Source: Ferruginibacter sp.
GTDB lineage: Bacteria > Bacteroidota > Bacteroidia > Chitinophagales > Chitinophagaceae
Direction: 5' to 3'
DNA: 59,439 bases
NCBI GenBank assembly: GCA_037968795.1
Contig: JBBKWE010000220.1
Span: 1-59,439 of the forward strand
Shown piece after piece: positions 38,721 through 49,728 of this stretch. Every line of letters begins with the position of its first letter. Position 1 is the stretch's first letter. The notes below the pieces were generated by a model. That model did no database searches and was not told the origin of the DNA. It worked only from the letters and a program-made list of their open reading frames with translations. A program made the position numbers and the translations under genes.

Positions 38721-39293
38721 TTATTTCATTGCATCCACTATTGCATTTATCTTATCCTTATGCATTTTCAGTGTAGGCAGTGTGTTGGAGGCAAAGGTTT
38801 TTAAAGCCATATTTTTCCCGTCTTTTGCTTCTTCCTCAAACATATCAACAGTAGAAGCATGTCCGTCTTTCATCATTTCGCAATATGCTTTGTCAAATTC
38901 TTTCCCTGACTTTGCCGCTAGTTCATCATATTTTTTCTGATGATCTTCGCCTATAGCCGTGGGCAATGCAATATTCTGCTCTCCTGCTATTTTCATCAAT
39001 TCCTGATTGGCCATTCCATGATCTTTTATCATCATGGCTGCAAAATCTTTAGTGCTCTGCATAGTTGCCTTAGTCTGAGCAAGTTCACTTGCTCTAACTT
39101 CAAACATACCACCATCGGCAGCTTTTACGGCAAACTCGGCGTCATCTTCCATATTCTCGGGCATGGCGTTATCATCCATCTTTTGCTCGTTAGTTTCATT
39201 GGCCGCTTCTACCGGACCGTCTGTTTTGTTTTCGTTGCAGGCTGTAAACCCAATTGCTGCTACTAACAGAGTAGCAAAAAGTAATTTTTTCAT
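38721..39293 (-). CDS. DUF4142 lipoprotein
   Basis: Lipobox FTAC; GMFEV, FAAMMIKDH, FDKAY and TLPTLKMH. Confidence 0.9.
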   Translation of the reverse strand: MKKLLFATLLVAAIGFTACNENKTDGPVEAANETNEQKMDDNAMPENMEDDAEFAVKAADGGMFEVRASELAQTKATMQSTKDFAAMMIKDHGMANQELMKIAGEQNIALPTAIGEDHQKKYDELAAKSGKEFDKAYCEMMKDGHASTVDMFEEEAKDGKNMALKTFASNTLPTLKMHKDKINAIVDAMK

Positions 39294-39559
39294 GGTTTTT
39301 GTTTTAAATTTTGTTTAAGATTTTCCTTCAATTAGATAAAACATTGTGCCAAAGCATTTTTAAATATAGTTAGTTTAATTACACATAATTAGTAATAGTT
39401 TATGGGGCAAAAATTAACCATAAATTGCTTGCTCACTTTACTTTTATCACATCTGCCCACATAAAAAACCGGAATTTTTCTTTCGAAAAACTCCGGTCAA
39501 AAAAAATCAAAAATCAAGAATATTAAAGTTGATGCCTTCATCAACTCATAAATTATTTA

Positions 39560-40819
39560 TTACTGAACAATAACTTTATCTGTAAGCACAACTCTGCCAG
39601 CCTCATCAATCACCTTCAATAGGTAGGTGCCTGCGGCAGGCTTACCAGCCATTTTTACATTAATAACCTGTTGTCCTTTTGCTAATGAATTCATTTGAGT
39701 TTGTAATACTTTCCCATTCAGATCTGTAAGAACGAGATTAAATCTTCCCTCAGCGTCTTTAGGTAATTGTACATTGAAGTTGCCTGTACGAACCGGGTTC
39801 GGAAATACAGTTGTTTTAGCATCCATTGCAATTTTTGGCAATACAGCCTTTCCATTTTTGGATAATTCGTCTGCCTCTTTTTGGAAAAGCAAATTGCTTG
39901 ATGCAAGGTCAGAAGCGTTATACTGCATGTCTGATCCTTCTAGCTTTACAGCTTCCAGCGTATTAGCGTCTACAGCAAAATAACCATTAAACATGATGGC
40001 GCTGCATACTACTATTTTGCCACCAGCATCTACTGCGGCACCATTTGTAGTGTAATTAGCAGGTAAGCCCTTGATAGTTCCTTTGTAGGTTGCTTCTCTT
40101 GTATCTATATCTATTGCAAAAATATTTCTTTGTGCAGATACTAGCCATAACTTTCCAAAAGCGTCTGCTACGATATCACCACCCCATCCTGCATTTTGCT
40201 CATGCACAGATTTGTCGCCGTTGCTTGCTGCATCTATAAGACCGCCCAGGTCTCTGATGGTAGGATTATTGCTAGTGGTAAATTCTATAAAAGTGTTGCC
40301 ATCATTACTTAGTGCATAGCCCTTGCCATTAAGAGCAATCGCCATTCTGGTGATATTGCCAGATTCGTCTGTACAGCCACAATTTGCAGCGGCTGCCTTT
40401 ACTTGCGGAACCTTAACACTATAGAATTTTGGTTGGTCCGTTTTTTTATCCATGTCTATCCAGCGAAGCTCTCCTATGCGCATAGGCATAAAAAATAGTT
40501 TATTGCTGCGCTTATCCAATGCAGCTGCTGCTACAAAAGTGCCAGTAGGGTGTTCTGCGTTTTGTAAATTAGTTTCTGCCTTTTCTTGTGCAATAGTTAC
40601 TTTATTATTCCCAATATTTTGTAGGCTATAAGAAGTTGAATTACGGTCAAAGACCGTTTCGTCCACGGTGCCCTTATTTACATCAATAGCACGGATATTC
40701 ATCCAGAAAAAATTATTGATACCATCGCCTGTGATGGCATAAGCACGGTTGCTGCTTTGAGCAAAACTTGTAGCCGAAAAGGCTAGAAATAAAAAGGAAA
40801 GTAGAGTTTTTGCTTTCAT
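39560..40819 (-). CDS. Secreted protein (beta-propeller-like) with T9SS C-terminal domain
   Basis: Signal peptide SFA-Q; repeated GGDIVAD / NGAAVD blades; CTD VFPNPV...DLNGK...GTYLLKV...KVIVQ. Confidence 0.85.
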   Translation of the reverse strand: MKAKTLLSFLFLAFSATSFAQSSNRAYAITGDGINNFFWMNIRAIDVNKGTVDETVFDRNSTSYSLQNIGNNKVTIAQEKAETNLQNAEHPTGTFVAAAALDKRSNKLFFMPMRIGELRWIDMDKKTDQPKFYSVKVPQVKAAAANCGCTDESGNITRMAIALNGKGYALSNDGNTFIEFTTSNNPTIRDLGGLIDAASNGDKSVHEQNAGWGGDIVADAFGKLWLVSAQRNIFAIDIDTREATYKGTIKGLPANYTTNGAAVDAGGKIVVCSAIMFNGYFAVDANTLEAVKLEGSDMQYNASDLASSNLLFQKEADELSKNGKAVLPKIAMDAKTTVFPNPVRTGNFNVQLPKDAEGRFNLVLTDLNGKVLQTQMNSLAKGQQVINVKMAGKPAAGTYLLKVIDEAGRVVLTDKVIVQ

Positions 40820-40897
40820 ACTAATTGATTTAATGATGAAGAATCAGAATTATACAAGTCCAATTTACTCTTTTCTGTTAATACTATGAAAACTTTT

Positions 40898-41737
40898 TTA
40901 TTTATGGTAATCTATTAGACCTATCATGGGATTCTTTATAATCTTCCCTAGTTGCAATTCATAGCTATGGCAAAGGTCTGCAATTACGTCTCTAAATTCG
41001 TGTGCTGCGCCACCAGTAAAATGAATAGGAAGGCTCCAGCTTTGGCTGTACTTGTAAATATGGTTGAAGAAAAAATCGTTTATACCATCTTCTATGATAT
41101 TCTCTATCATATAATGACCACGGTTTTCTGCCAGGAAGCCTACATAGCTGGCCAGGTATGCGTTGGGTAGCGGTTGTCTATACACTGCATCCAGAATATC
41201 ATTGCCGGTAACTTTATATTTATTTTCAAATCGTGCAAGCAGATCATCGTCAAAGGTCTTGTACATATAATATTGAATAACCTTTTTTCCCAGATAAGCA
41301 CCGCTACCTTCATCTCCTAATACATACCCTAAGCCCGGGTTGTTTTTTACGATCTTTTTCCCGTTATAATAACAGCTGTTGCTACCTGTTCCCAGGATAC
41401 AGGCTATACCTTTTTCATCGCCACAGAGTGATTTGGCAGCCGCCATTAAATCATGATCTACTGAAATTGCGGCCTGGGGGTACACGGACTTTAAAGCCTT
41501 TGTCATCATTTTTACATTCCGGGTATTACTGCATCCTGTACCGTAAAAATACACTTCTGCTATTTCCGCATTTCTGGTTTTAGGAGCTACTTCTTTTGTA
41601 ATTATATTGGTTACCTGCTCTTCTGTAAGGAAATACGGGCTGAGCCCTGCCGTAAAAATGGTCTTTTTCTTTCCATTATTCAAAAGACACCATTCTGTTT
41701 TAGTGCTGCCACTATCGGCTATTAAAATACTACTCAT
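40898..41737 (-). CDS. BadF/BcrA-type ATPase, N-acetylglucosamine kinase-like
   Basis: ADSGSTKTEW, ILGTGSNS and LGDEGSG. Confidence 0.88.
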   Translation of the reverse strand: MSSILIADSGSTKTEWCLLNNGKKKTIFTAGLSPYFLTEEQVTNIITKEVAPKTRNAEIAEVYFYGTGCSNTRNVKMMTKALKSVYPQAAISVDHDLMAAAKSLCGDEKGIACILGTGSNSCYYNGKKIVKNNPGLGYVLGDEGSGAYLGKKVIQYYMYKTFDDDLLARFENKYKVTGNDILDAVYRQPLPNAYLASYVGFLAENRGHYMIENIIEDGINDFFFNHIYKYSQSWSLPIHFTGGAAHEFRDVIADLCHSYELQLGKIIKNPMIGLIDYHK

Positions 41738-41887
41738 CTGTTTTGGGTTAATGTATTTTATGGATAATTTCTACTGATTTTGCCAGAGAGAAAACAATTT
41801 CGCCTAAAAATCTATTTAAAATATATCCCAGCAAAAAAGAAATTATCTTCGCCGCCATTACAATTATTGTAAATGTAATGCACCTAA

Positions 41888-43492
41888 ATGGTTTTTAGAA
41901 GTATGCAAAAGAAAAAACTCCAGGTTTTACTACCACTCTTACTCAGTGTAGCTATGATAGCCGGAATGTTCATTGGTTTTAAAATTAAAGGCAATATGCC
42001 CGGGCGCAATTTCTTCTCAGTAGAGAAAGCCTCTCCGCTGGAAGAAATAGTCTCGCTCATTCGCAATAAATATGTAGATGACGTAGATATGCATGCTATA
42101 GGCGATAGTGCTATTCTGGCTATGCTTAAGCAGCTTGATCCGCACTCTGCCTTTATACCGGCCGAAGATCTGCAAAGAATAAATGAAGACATACAGGGCA
42201 GCTTTTTTGGGATAGGTATAGAATACAAACTGATAAGCGATACGCTGCACGTTACAAATGTGCTTGCTGCAGGTCCGTCAGATAAAGCAGGGTTGCGAAT
42301 AGGGGATAAATTACTAAGAGCGGGTGATACGATTCTCTCCGGCGTAGCGCTTAAAGCGGAGCAAATACAAAATCTACTCAAGGGGGAAATGGGAAGTAAA
42401 GTTCCAATTCAGCTTATGCGAGGCAGTAAAATCATCAATACCACGGTTGTCCGTGGCCTCATACCCCTGGTAAGCATTGACGCTGCTTATATGATTACAG
42501 ATACAGTAGGATTTATAAGACTGAATAGATTTAGCAGCCAGACCTATCGTGAGTTTATGACCAACCTTGACTCACTTAAGAAAAAAGGGATGACCAAACT
42601 CATTCTCGATCTTAGGGACAATGGCGGCGGGGTACTAGATGAAGCGGTGGAAATAGCGGATGAGTTTTTATCGGGCGATAAACTTATCACCTATACAGAA
42701 GGCGCCCATAGCAAAAAGAAAGAGTATCGTGCCCGCAGGCAAGGACAGTTTGAAGATGGGGAACTTGTAGTACTGGCAAATGAAGGAACTGCCAGTGCCA
42801 GCGAAATATTGTTGGGAGCCTTGCAGGATTGGGATAGAGCTACCATAATAGGACGCACCAGTTTTGGTAAAGGCCTCGTGCAGGAGCAATACAACCTAAG
42901 CGATAAAAGCGCCTTGCGCCTCACGATAGCCCGGTACTATACTCCCGTGGGTCGTAGCATACAGCGCCCGTATGAGAATGGCACTAAAGCTTACTATGAC
43001 GCAGTATACGATCGAAGGACAGAAGCTACAAATAGCAAAGGTGATAGCTCTAAACTTGATAGCGCACATCGCTATAAAACTATGGGCGGAAAATACATCT
43101 ATAGTAACGGAGGCATAAACCCTGATGTGTATATGGCGGCTGACTCTCTTAACTGGAGTACGATCACTGCTCAGCTTTACAGCAAAGGAATTGTAGCAGA
43201 CTATGGATACCAGTACTTTCTGCAGAACCCTTCTATTATTACAAAATATAAATCGCCCAATACTTTTGTACAGAATTATATGCTCAAAGAAGATAACTGG
43301 CAACTTTTTGAGGCTTTGGCTAAAAAGGATACCATTGATCTAAGACCTGTATCACCCGCTGAACGTTCTTTCTTGCAGGATGCTCTAAAACTTTCCCTGG
43401 CCCGCCAGCTTTTTAGAACAGAAGGTTATTTTGAAGAAGCTAATAGAAAAGACAAGACGGTATTGAAAGCTCTGGAGATTTTGAGGAACTGA
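41888..43492 (+). CDS. S41 family C-terminal processing peptidase
   Basis: LDPHS, PDZ domain (FGIGI), LDLRDNGGG, ASASEI, FGKGLVQ and RYYTPVGRSIQ. Confidence 0.95.
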   Translation: MVFRSMQKKKLQVLLPLLLSVAMIAGMFIGFKIKGNMPGRNFFSVEKASPLEEIVSLIRNKYVDDVDMHAIGDSAILAMLKQLDPHSAFIPAEDLQRINEDIQGSFFGIGIEYKLISDTLHVTNVLAAGPSDKAGLRIGDKLLRAGDTILSGVALKAEQIQNLLKGEMGSKVPIQLMRGSKIINTTVVRGLIPLVSIDAAYMITDTVGFIRLNRFSSQTYREFMTNLDSLKKKGMTKLILDLRDNGGGVLDEAVEIADEFLSGDKLITYTEGAHSKKKEYRARRQGQFEDGELVVLANEGTASASEILLGALQDWDRATIIGRTSFGKGLVQEQYNLSDKSALRLTIARYYTPVGRSIQRPYENGTKAYYDAVYDRRTEATNSKGDSSKLDSAHRYKTMGGKYIYSNGGINPDVYMAADSLNWSTITAQLYSKGIVADYGYQYFLQNPSIITKYKSPNTFVQNYMLKEDNWQLFEALAKKDTIDLRPVSPAERSFLQDALKLSLARQLFRTEGYFEEANRKDKTVLKALEILRN

Positions 43493-43642
43493 TTTCTGTA
43501 GAAAGGAGTAGTGGGAAATGGGCTAATTCATTTCCTTAAACTAATAAGTTTTTCATAAAATATTTCACCCTATCCGTTCGTTTACCATAAGATTGCGAAA
43601 AAAAACCGATATTACACGCTTAAATTATCTCGTTTATTTACA

Positions 43643-46639
43643 ATGCATGGACTCCGGCTTTCTATAAAAATTTTCCTGTTTATCACTATTGCTTTTTCCT
43701 CTAGTGCAAATGCACAAGCCACTTGGACTTTAGATCCCTTTGGTAGTGAGAAAAAGCCTAAGGAATATGAGGAAAGAAAACTGCCTTCAGAAAGAACAGG
43801 TGAGAAAAAATGGACCAAGTTTCGTAAGTTTTTGCAAAGTAATACTACTCGCTACAATTATTATTTCAATGCAGATCAGTTGCTTACAAAAGTAATTGAT
43901 TACGCAAAAGATAGCCATAAGGATAATTACGGCAAGCTGCTGTCTTTTTACCCTTACACATTAGAAGCTACCGCGGCGCAGACTGTTCCGCTGGATAGTG
44001 TCATTTATAAGTCCAACGCCGGTATTCTCCTGCACGATCTTCGTAGTACTTTTGTAGATGATATGTATTTGCTCATGGGAAAGGCTTATTTTCTCAAGGG
44101 AGACATTGATTCTGCAGCACTCACTTTTCAATTTATCAATTTTAGTCTTTATCCCCGTAAGAAAGGAGAAGACGATTATGGAAGGGTAGTTGGTGGTAGA
44201 GAATCTGCAGAAGAAGGTACGCTAAGCATAGCCAACAAAGAAAAGAAACGCACTATACCCAAGAAAATCTTTACCATTCCTCCCACGAGAAATGATGCTT
44301 TAATCTGGCTTACAAGGTCTTACATTGAAAAGGATGCTTATGGAGATGCCGCGGGCCTCATTAATATTCTGGAACAGGATAAAAACCTCCCGAAGCGATT
44401 GAAGGATGATCTGGCACAGGTAAAAGCGTATTGGTTTTACCGTCAGGATCGCTGGGATAGCACCGCTACTTACCTGCGAGAGGCGCTAAGCACTGCAGAG
44501 ACCAAACAAGATCTTGCCCGCTGGGAATACCTTCTGGCTCAATTGTATGAAAAGACAGAATCCTTTGACGATGCTTCTAATTACTATGCAAAGGCTGCCA
44601 AGCATACCACGAGTCCGATTCTCGAAATATATGCCCGACTTAGTGATGCTAAAATGCTACGGACAGGCGGAAATATTGCAGAGCTGGACAAAGCCATACA
44701 AAGGCTTATAAAAATGGGGAGAAAAGGAAAATATGACGGATATGAAGATGCGATATATTATGCCGCAGCAGAGCTAAGTATGCAGCGACCAGATACCGCA
44801 AACGCCATGGGTTTGTATGCAAAAGGATTGTCTTACTCTATACCTTCATCTGCTTACAGGAGTAATTCTTTTGTGCAAATGGGTGATATTAGTTACGCAC
44901 AAAGAAAGTATGCAAGCGCATCCTCATTCTATGATAGTTTAGATTTAAAAGACCCGGAAATTGCGGAGTCTGCTGCAGATCTGGAAATAAGGAGAGAAGT
45001 ACTTTCCCGACTGGTGGAAACAATTACACTTATTCAGAAAGAAGATAGTCTTCAACGTATTGCCTTACTCAGTAGCGAAGAACGCGATAGTTATATAAAA
45101 AAGCTAGGAAGAAAGCTGCGAAAGGATAATGGTGTAAAAGAAGATAATTTTAATGACGGCGCTAATGTGCTTCCCAATGTTGGTACCGCAAATACTCAAA
45201 TTGATCTCTTTGGCGATAACAGCAAAGGAGACTGGTATTTTTATAATCCTGCTTCCAAAAGCAGAGGTTTTAATGATTTTAAACGCACCTGGGGTAAGAG
45301 AGAAAATGTAGATAATTGGAGAAGAAATGCCGCAAGTATAGGGTCTGCAGTTGTAAGTGCAGGGAATCCAGGCAATATGGGTGACCCTAATGCACCTGGC
45401 GCTGTAGGAAAAGATAGTGTCATGGCTGATATTAGCAATGCCCTAAGTAATGAAGGTCTGCTTGCTGGTATACCGCTTACAGAGGAGGCGATGGCTTCGA
45501 GTAATGCTGTAATTGCAGAGAATCTTATTGTACAGGCTAGAATTTTTCAGAATGAACTATCGGATTATCCAAAAGCGATAGAAACTTATGAGGAATATCT
45601 TCGTCGTTTCTCTAATGGAAACCTTGCAGCCGAAGCAAATTTGGGCTTATATTATTGCTACAGTAAACTAGGGAATGATCGCCTGGCGCTTCAGTACAAG
45701 AATGCAGTGACCAATAACTTTGCAGGAAGTAAGCAGGCAGTCATGATCCAAAATCCGGGTCTGCTGCAGCCAGAGCGGAAAAATGAAGCTGTAACCAGGC
45801 AATACGCTGCCATTTATAATCAATTTGTAGAAGGAAACTTTGAACAGGCAATTGCAGAAAAAGTGAAAGCAGATAGTATGTATGGCACAAATTACTGGAC
45901 ACCTCAGCTTTTGTATATAGAGTCTGTTTACCACATAAAGCAGGAAGATGACAGTAGCGCCATAAGTGTATTACAGAATATTATAAAATTATATCCGGAA
46001 GAGTCATTGGCACAAAAAGCCACGACCATGATAGATGTACTACGGAGGAGAAAAGAGATTGTTGCATACCTTACAAATCTTGAAGTTACAAGAGCAGAAG
46101 AAGATGAGCGTATAGTGGTATCAGATAATTTTATAAAGCCTAAAGCACAGCAGGCTCAAACTACTATACAGGCTAAGCCCGCAACTACTTTACCTCAGGC
46201 AGTTGCTACTGTAAAAACTGATAGTACCCTCGTTACACCTGAGAGATTAATAAGAGAAGATTTTGTGCTGGAGCCTAATGCCTTGCACTATGTGGCTATG
46301 GTACTGGATAAAGTTGATATAGTGTACGTAAATGAAGCAGCACGAGCTTTGCAACGGTATAACGGAGAAAGTTATTATACCAAAACTTTAAAGGTAGACA
46401 AGGACACAATAAGTACAGAAAAAGCATTAGTGCTCGTTGGTAGTTTTACAGATGCCGACGCAGCTTTTAAATATTATCAAAAGATAAGAATAGCCGCTCC
46501 AAGAGAAGTTTCCTGGTTGCCGGCAGAAAAATATTCCTTTATTATTCTATCAGAAAATAATCTTCCTGTCCTTAAGAAAAATAAAAACCTGACAGGGTAT
46601 TTAAAATTGCTAAATTCGAATTACGATAACGCATTTTAG
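43643..46639 (+). CDS. sprE: Large TPR protein, SprE/PorW-like T9SS/gliding component
   Basis: TRYNYYFNA, DDMYLLMGKA, EDSLQRIA and WYFYN...F..TWG.RENVDNWRR, which I recognise from SprE/PorW-like proteins. Confidence 0.65.
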   Translation: MHGLRLSIKIFLFITIAFSSSANAQATWTLDPFGSEKKPKEYEERKLPSERTGEKKWTKFRKFLQSNTTRYNYYFNADQLLTKVIDYAKDSHKDNYGKLLSFYPYTLEATAAQTVPLDSVIYKSNAGILLHDLRSTFVDDMYLLMGKAYFLKGDIDSAALTFQFINFSLYPRKKGEDDYGRVVGGRESAEEGTLSIANKEKKRTIPKKIFTIPPTRNDALIWLTRSYIEKDAYGDAAGLINILEQDKNLPKRLKDDLAQVKAYWFYRQDRWDSTATYLREALSTAETKQDLARWEYLLAQLYEKTESFDDASNYYAKAAKHTTSPILEIYARLSDAKMLRTGGNIAELDKAIQRLIKMGRKGKYDGYEDAIYYAAAELSMQRPDTANAMGLYAKGLSYSIPSSAYRSNSFVQMGDISYAQRKYASASSFYDSLDLKDPEIAESAADLEIRREVLSRLVETITLIQKEDSLQRIALLSSEERDSYIKKLGRKLRKDNGVKEDNFNDGANVLPNVGTANTQIDLFGDNSKGDWYFYNPASKSRGFNDFKRTWGKRENVDNWRRNAASIGSAVVSAGNPGNMGDPNAPGAVGKDSVMADISNALSNEGLLAGIPLTEEAMASSNAVIAENLIVQARIFQNELSDYPKAIETYEEYLRRFSNGNLAAEANLGLYYCYSKLGNDRLALQYKNAVTNNFAGSKQAVMIQNPGLLQPERKNEAVTRQYAAIYNQFVEGNFEQAIAEKVKADSMYGTNYWTPQLLYIESVYHIKQEDDSSAISVLQNIIKLYPEESLAQKATTMIDVLRRRKEIVAYLTNLEVTRAEEDERIVVSDNFIKPKAQQAQTTIQAKPATTLPQAVATVKTDSTLVTPERLIREDFVLEPNALHYVAMVLDKVDIVYVNEAARALQRYNGESYYTKTLKVDKDTISTEKALVLVGSFTDADAAFKYYQKIRIAAPREVSWLPAEKYSFIILSENNLPVLKKNKNLTGYLKLLNSNYDNAF

Positions 46640-46734
46640 AGAAAAGTTTTGAGGATCAAGACAGTATAAACAAATATAAAAGAGAAATTTCATTTGCTTA
46701 ATAGTAATTTCTCATTAGTATATAAAACATAATT

Positions 46735-49113
46735 ATGAAAAGGTCAGTTCGCATATTATGGAGACTTTTCTTCTTTGGTCTTCTTGCAGTAGTAGCTGTT
46801 TTTATTATGGCTGCTTATGGCTTATTTGGTAAGATGCCTTCGCTCGAAGAACTGGAAAACCCTGAGGCGGACCTGGCATCTACCCTTATGACAGCAGATG
46901 GCAAACTTATGGGTAAATACTATGCTGAGAACAGAAGTGAAGTAAAGTATGAGCAAATACCTGAAAATGTGGTACAAGCGGTTATAGCAACAGAAGATCA
47001 GCATTTCTTGGAGCACTCTGGTATAGATGCTACTGCCGTTGCAAGAGCTGTAATTAGATTGGGTACCGATGGCGGTGGTAGTCCCATTACACAGCAGTTG
47101 GCAAAGATGATTTTACATCAGGGTAAGGGAAATATAATAAAACGAGGGTTGGATAAAATAAAGGAATGGATTATTGCAGTAAAGCTGGAAAGAAATTTTA
47201 CTAAAGAAGAGATTCTTACGCTTTATCTGAATAGAGCTGCTTGGGGCAATGTGTATGGAATACGAAATGCAAGCCTTATGTATTTTGATAAGGAACCTAA
47301 AAATTTGAAAACAGAAGAAGCGGCTGTACTGGTTGGAATGCTAAAAGGCTATGGGTATAATCCAATAACGGGTGGCGAAAAAGCACTTATAAGACGTAAT
47401 ACAGTCCTTAATCGTATGGTGGATACCAAACAGCATTATCTTACCCAGGCAGAAGCAGATGTTTTTAAGGCAAAACCACTAATTACCAATTATAAGCAGA
47501 TAGATGAGGAATTAGGTATCGCCCCATATTACCGAAGAAGTGTAGTAGATGAAATAAAAAAGTGGTGCGACAAAACCATTAATCCAAAGACCGGGGAGAA
47601 CTACAATCTCTATCGCGATGGACTTACGATCTACACTACTATTGATAGTAAAATGCAGCAGTATGCAGAAGATGCTACAGCCGCTCACCTCCCTATTTTA
47701 CAGAATAGAATAGACGCACAGTATCGCGGACAAAGTGATAGGTTGTGGAAAGGGAAAGAGAACATTATTCGCAATGCTATGAAATATTCTGAGCGATGGA
47801 AGAATATGAAAGAGCAGGAAATAAGCGAAGAAGACATCATAAAGTCTTTCTCCGTTCCTGTAAAAATGAAAATCTTTAGCTGGAAAGGCGATAAGAATCA
47901 TGAGATGGATACCGTGATGACACCGCTTGATTCTATAAAACATCACAAACTTATCTTACAATCATCTTTTGTATGCATGGACCCTCGCACGGGTGAAGTA
48001 AAAGCTTATGTAGGTGGCCCTGATTATAAGTGGTTTAAGTTTGATAATGCGCAGGCAATGAGGCAAGTAGGTTCTACCATAAAACCATTATTGTATACCT
48101 TGGCTGTAACAGATGCCGGCTATGGACCAGAAACTGTCATAGGTGGCGGGGCACTCACGCTCAATGGGAAAACCGTGAAAGGCGGGGGAGGTACTATGGC
48201 TCGATGCCTGGCTATGAGTATAAATGGTGCCGCCTGGCATCTTATAGCCATGATAGGTGCCAAGAGGCTCGTGGAGTTTGCGCACACTTGTGGCATCTCT
48301 GTAAAACTTGCAGCTTACCCTTCACTAGCACTGGGAGCAGCAGAAATTCCTATTGTGCAAATGTTGCAGGCATATACTATGTTCCCCAACAAAGGATATA
48401 ATACTTCCGTAGTATATCTAAGCAGAATAGAAGATAAGAATGGCAACCTCTTGCATGAGTTCCCTATAGCACAGAGCAAGCAAGTAATAGGTGAAGTAGA
48501 TGATTACACTATGGTAAAGATGATGCAGGGAGTAATACAATCCGGTACAGCCCGCAGAGTACAAAGCTATAATATACCTGTAGAGAAAGCAGGTAAAACA
48601 GGAACAACTAATGACAATACAGATGGTTGGTTCATTGGCTATACGCCTGAGTTACTTGCAGGATCTTGGGTTGGTGCTGCTGATCCATTTATTAGAATAT
48701 ACAGTACCAGTGGTGGTGCAGAGATGAGTGCCCCCCGGTGGGGTATGTTTATGGAGAAAGTCTATGCAGATAAATCGCTCAATTACGGTAGTATAAAAGA
48801 ATTTGAGGCTCCTCTTGAGGCCAAGCTAGATCCCATAAGTGCTGATGCAACATTTTATGATGATGAAAATAATAAGCCCGTAGACCTTAATCTGATAGAA
48901 GATGCCGGCAATGGCAATGCAGATGATTTTTTCAATGATAATGGTGAAGAATATTTTGTTGATACAATTCCATTGATAAAAAAGAAACCTAAGCCTGAGC
49001 CGGAAAATAAAGGGCCCAAGGAAGGAACAACTATGCCACCTAAAACAACGGAGGTAAAACAAGAACCTAAAAAGACTAGCCCTAAGCCGCCCGCAGGGAA
49101 AACCGGGCAATAA
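46735..49113 (+). CDS. Class A penicillin-binding protein (PBP1A-like)
   Basis: TM anchor; glycosyltransferase motifs EDQHFLEHSG, ITQQLAK and KEEILTLYLN; transpeptidase motifs STIK, SIN and KTGTT. Confidence 0.94.
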   Translation: MKRSVRILWRLFFFGLLAVVAVFIMAAYGLFGKMPSLEELENPEADLASTLMTADGKLMGKYYAENRSEVKYEQIPENVVQAVIATEDQHFLEHSGIDATAVARAVIRLGTDGGGSPITQQLAKMILHQGKGNIIKRGLDKIKEWIIAVKLERNFTKEEILTLYLNRAAWGNVYGIRNASLMYFDKEPKNLKTEEAAVLVGMLKGYGYNPITGGEKALIRRNTVLNRMVDTKQHYLTQAEADVFKAKPLITNYKQIDEELGIAPYYRRSVVDEIKKWCDKTINPKTGENYNLYRDGLTIYTTIDSKMQQYAEDATAAHLPILQNRIDAQYRGQSDRLWKGKENIIRNAMKYSERWKNMKEQEISEEDIIKSFSVPVKMKIFSWKGDKNHEMDTVMTPLDSIKHHKLILQSSFVCMDPRTGEVKAYVGGPDYKWFKFDNAQAMRQVGSTIKPLLYTLAVTDAGYGPETVIGGGALTLNGKTVKGGGGTMARCLAMSINGAAWHLIAMIGAKRLVEFAHTCGISVKLAAYPSLALGAAEIPIVQMLQAYTMFPNKGYNTSVVYLSRIEDKNGNLLHEFPIAQSKQVIGEVDDYTMVKMMQGVIQSGTARRVQSYNIPVEKAGKTGTTNDNTDGWFIGYTPELLAGSWVGAADPFIRIYSTSGGAEMSAPRWGMFMEKVYADKSLNYGSIKEFEAPLEAKLDPISADATFYDDENNKPVDLNLIEDAGNGNADDFFNDNGEEYFVDTIPLIKKKPKPEPENKGPKEGTTMPPKTTEVKQEPKKTSPKPPAGKTGQ

Positions 49114-49116
49114 AAT

Positions 49117-49632
49117 CTAGAGCTTTATTCCTAGAATTATTAAGTCCATAGGCTTTCTATTGAGGATAGCGATGCCGGGTAACAAGCCCCATTGCTTAAA
49201 ACCACACTGGGTAAATAATTGAATACTGGAAGTATTAGCTGCAAAAATAAATGCCGTAAGCGCACGGATGCCCATAGAAGGGCAAGCACCCAAAGTATGT
49301 AGAAGGATATCTTTCCCATATCCCAATCTCCTGTGGTCCTGGTGAATGTAAATGCTTATCTCTACAGTGCCGTCATAAGCAGGTCTGCTGTAAAAGTCCT
49401 GCAAGCTCACCCAGCCAACATGCTCTTCTGCTGTACTTACTACCCAAAGAGGTCGGTTTTTTTCATTGTGTTCCTCCAGCCAGCCTATTCTGCTTTCCAC
49501 TGTTATGGGTTCCAGATCTGCAGTTACTTGTCTGCTTTGTATAATACTGTTATATACCTCTACAATAAAAGGAAGGTCTGCCTTAGTGGCTTGTCTGTAA
49601 TGTAAAACGGTGTTTTGTTCTTTCAAATCCAT
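49117..49632 (-). CDS. GNAT N-acetyltransferase (phosphinothricin acetyltransferase-like)
   Basis: IVEVYN, VTAD, RPAYDGTVEISIY, RRLGYG and GFKQWG; start moved to the ATG at 49632. Confidence 0.88.
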   Translation of the reverse strand: MDLKEQNTVLHYRQATKADLPFIVEVYNSIIQSRQVTADLEPITVESRIGWLEEHNEKNRPLWVVSTAEEHVGWVSLQDFYSRPAYDGTVEISIYIHQDHRRLGYGKDILLHTLGACPSMGIRALTAFIFAANTSSIQLFTQCGFKQWGLLPGIAILNRKPMDLIILGIKL

Positions 49633-49685
49633 TGTATTGCTCGCGTGAAATAAAAAAGTTAGTTTCAAAACATGCTGTAACCTGC

Positions 49686-49728
49686 TACGGAATTGAAATA
49701 AAACTTCTACCTTTATTCCAATTCCGTA
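49686..49728. repeat. 17-bp inverted repeat in the divergent intergenic region
   Basis: TACGGAATTGAAATAAA-N9-TTTATTCCAATTCCGTA (16/17 match). Confidence 0.8.
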
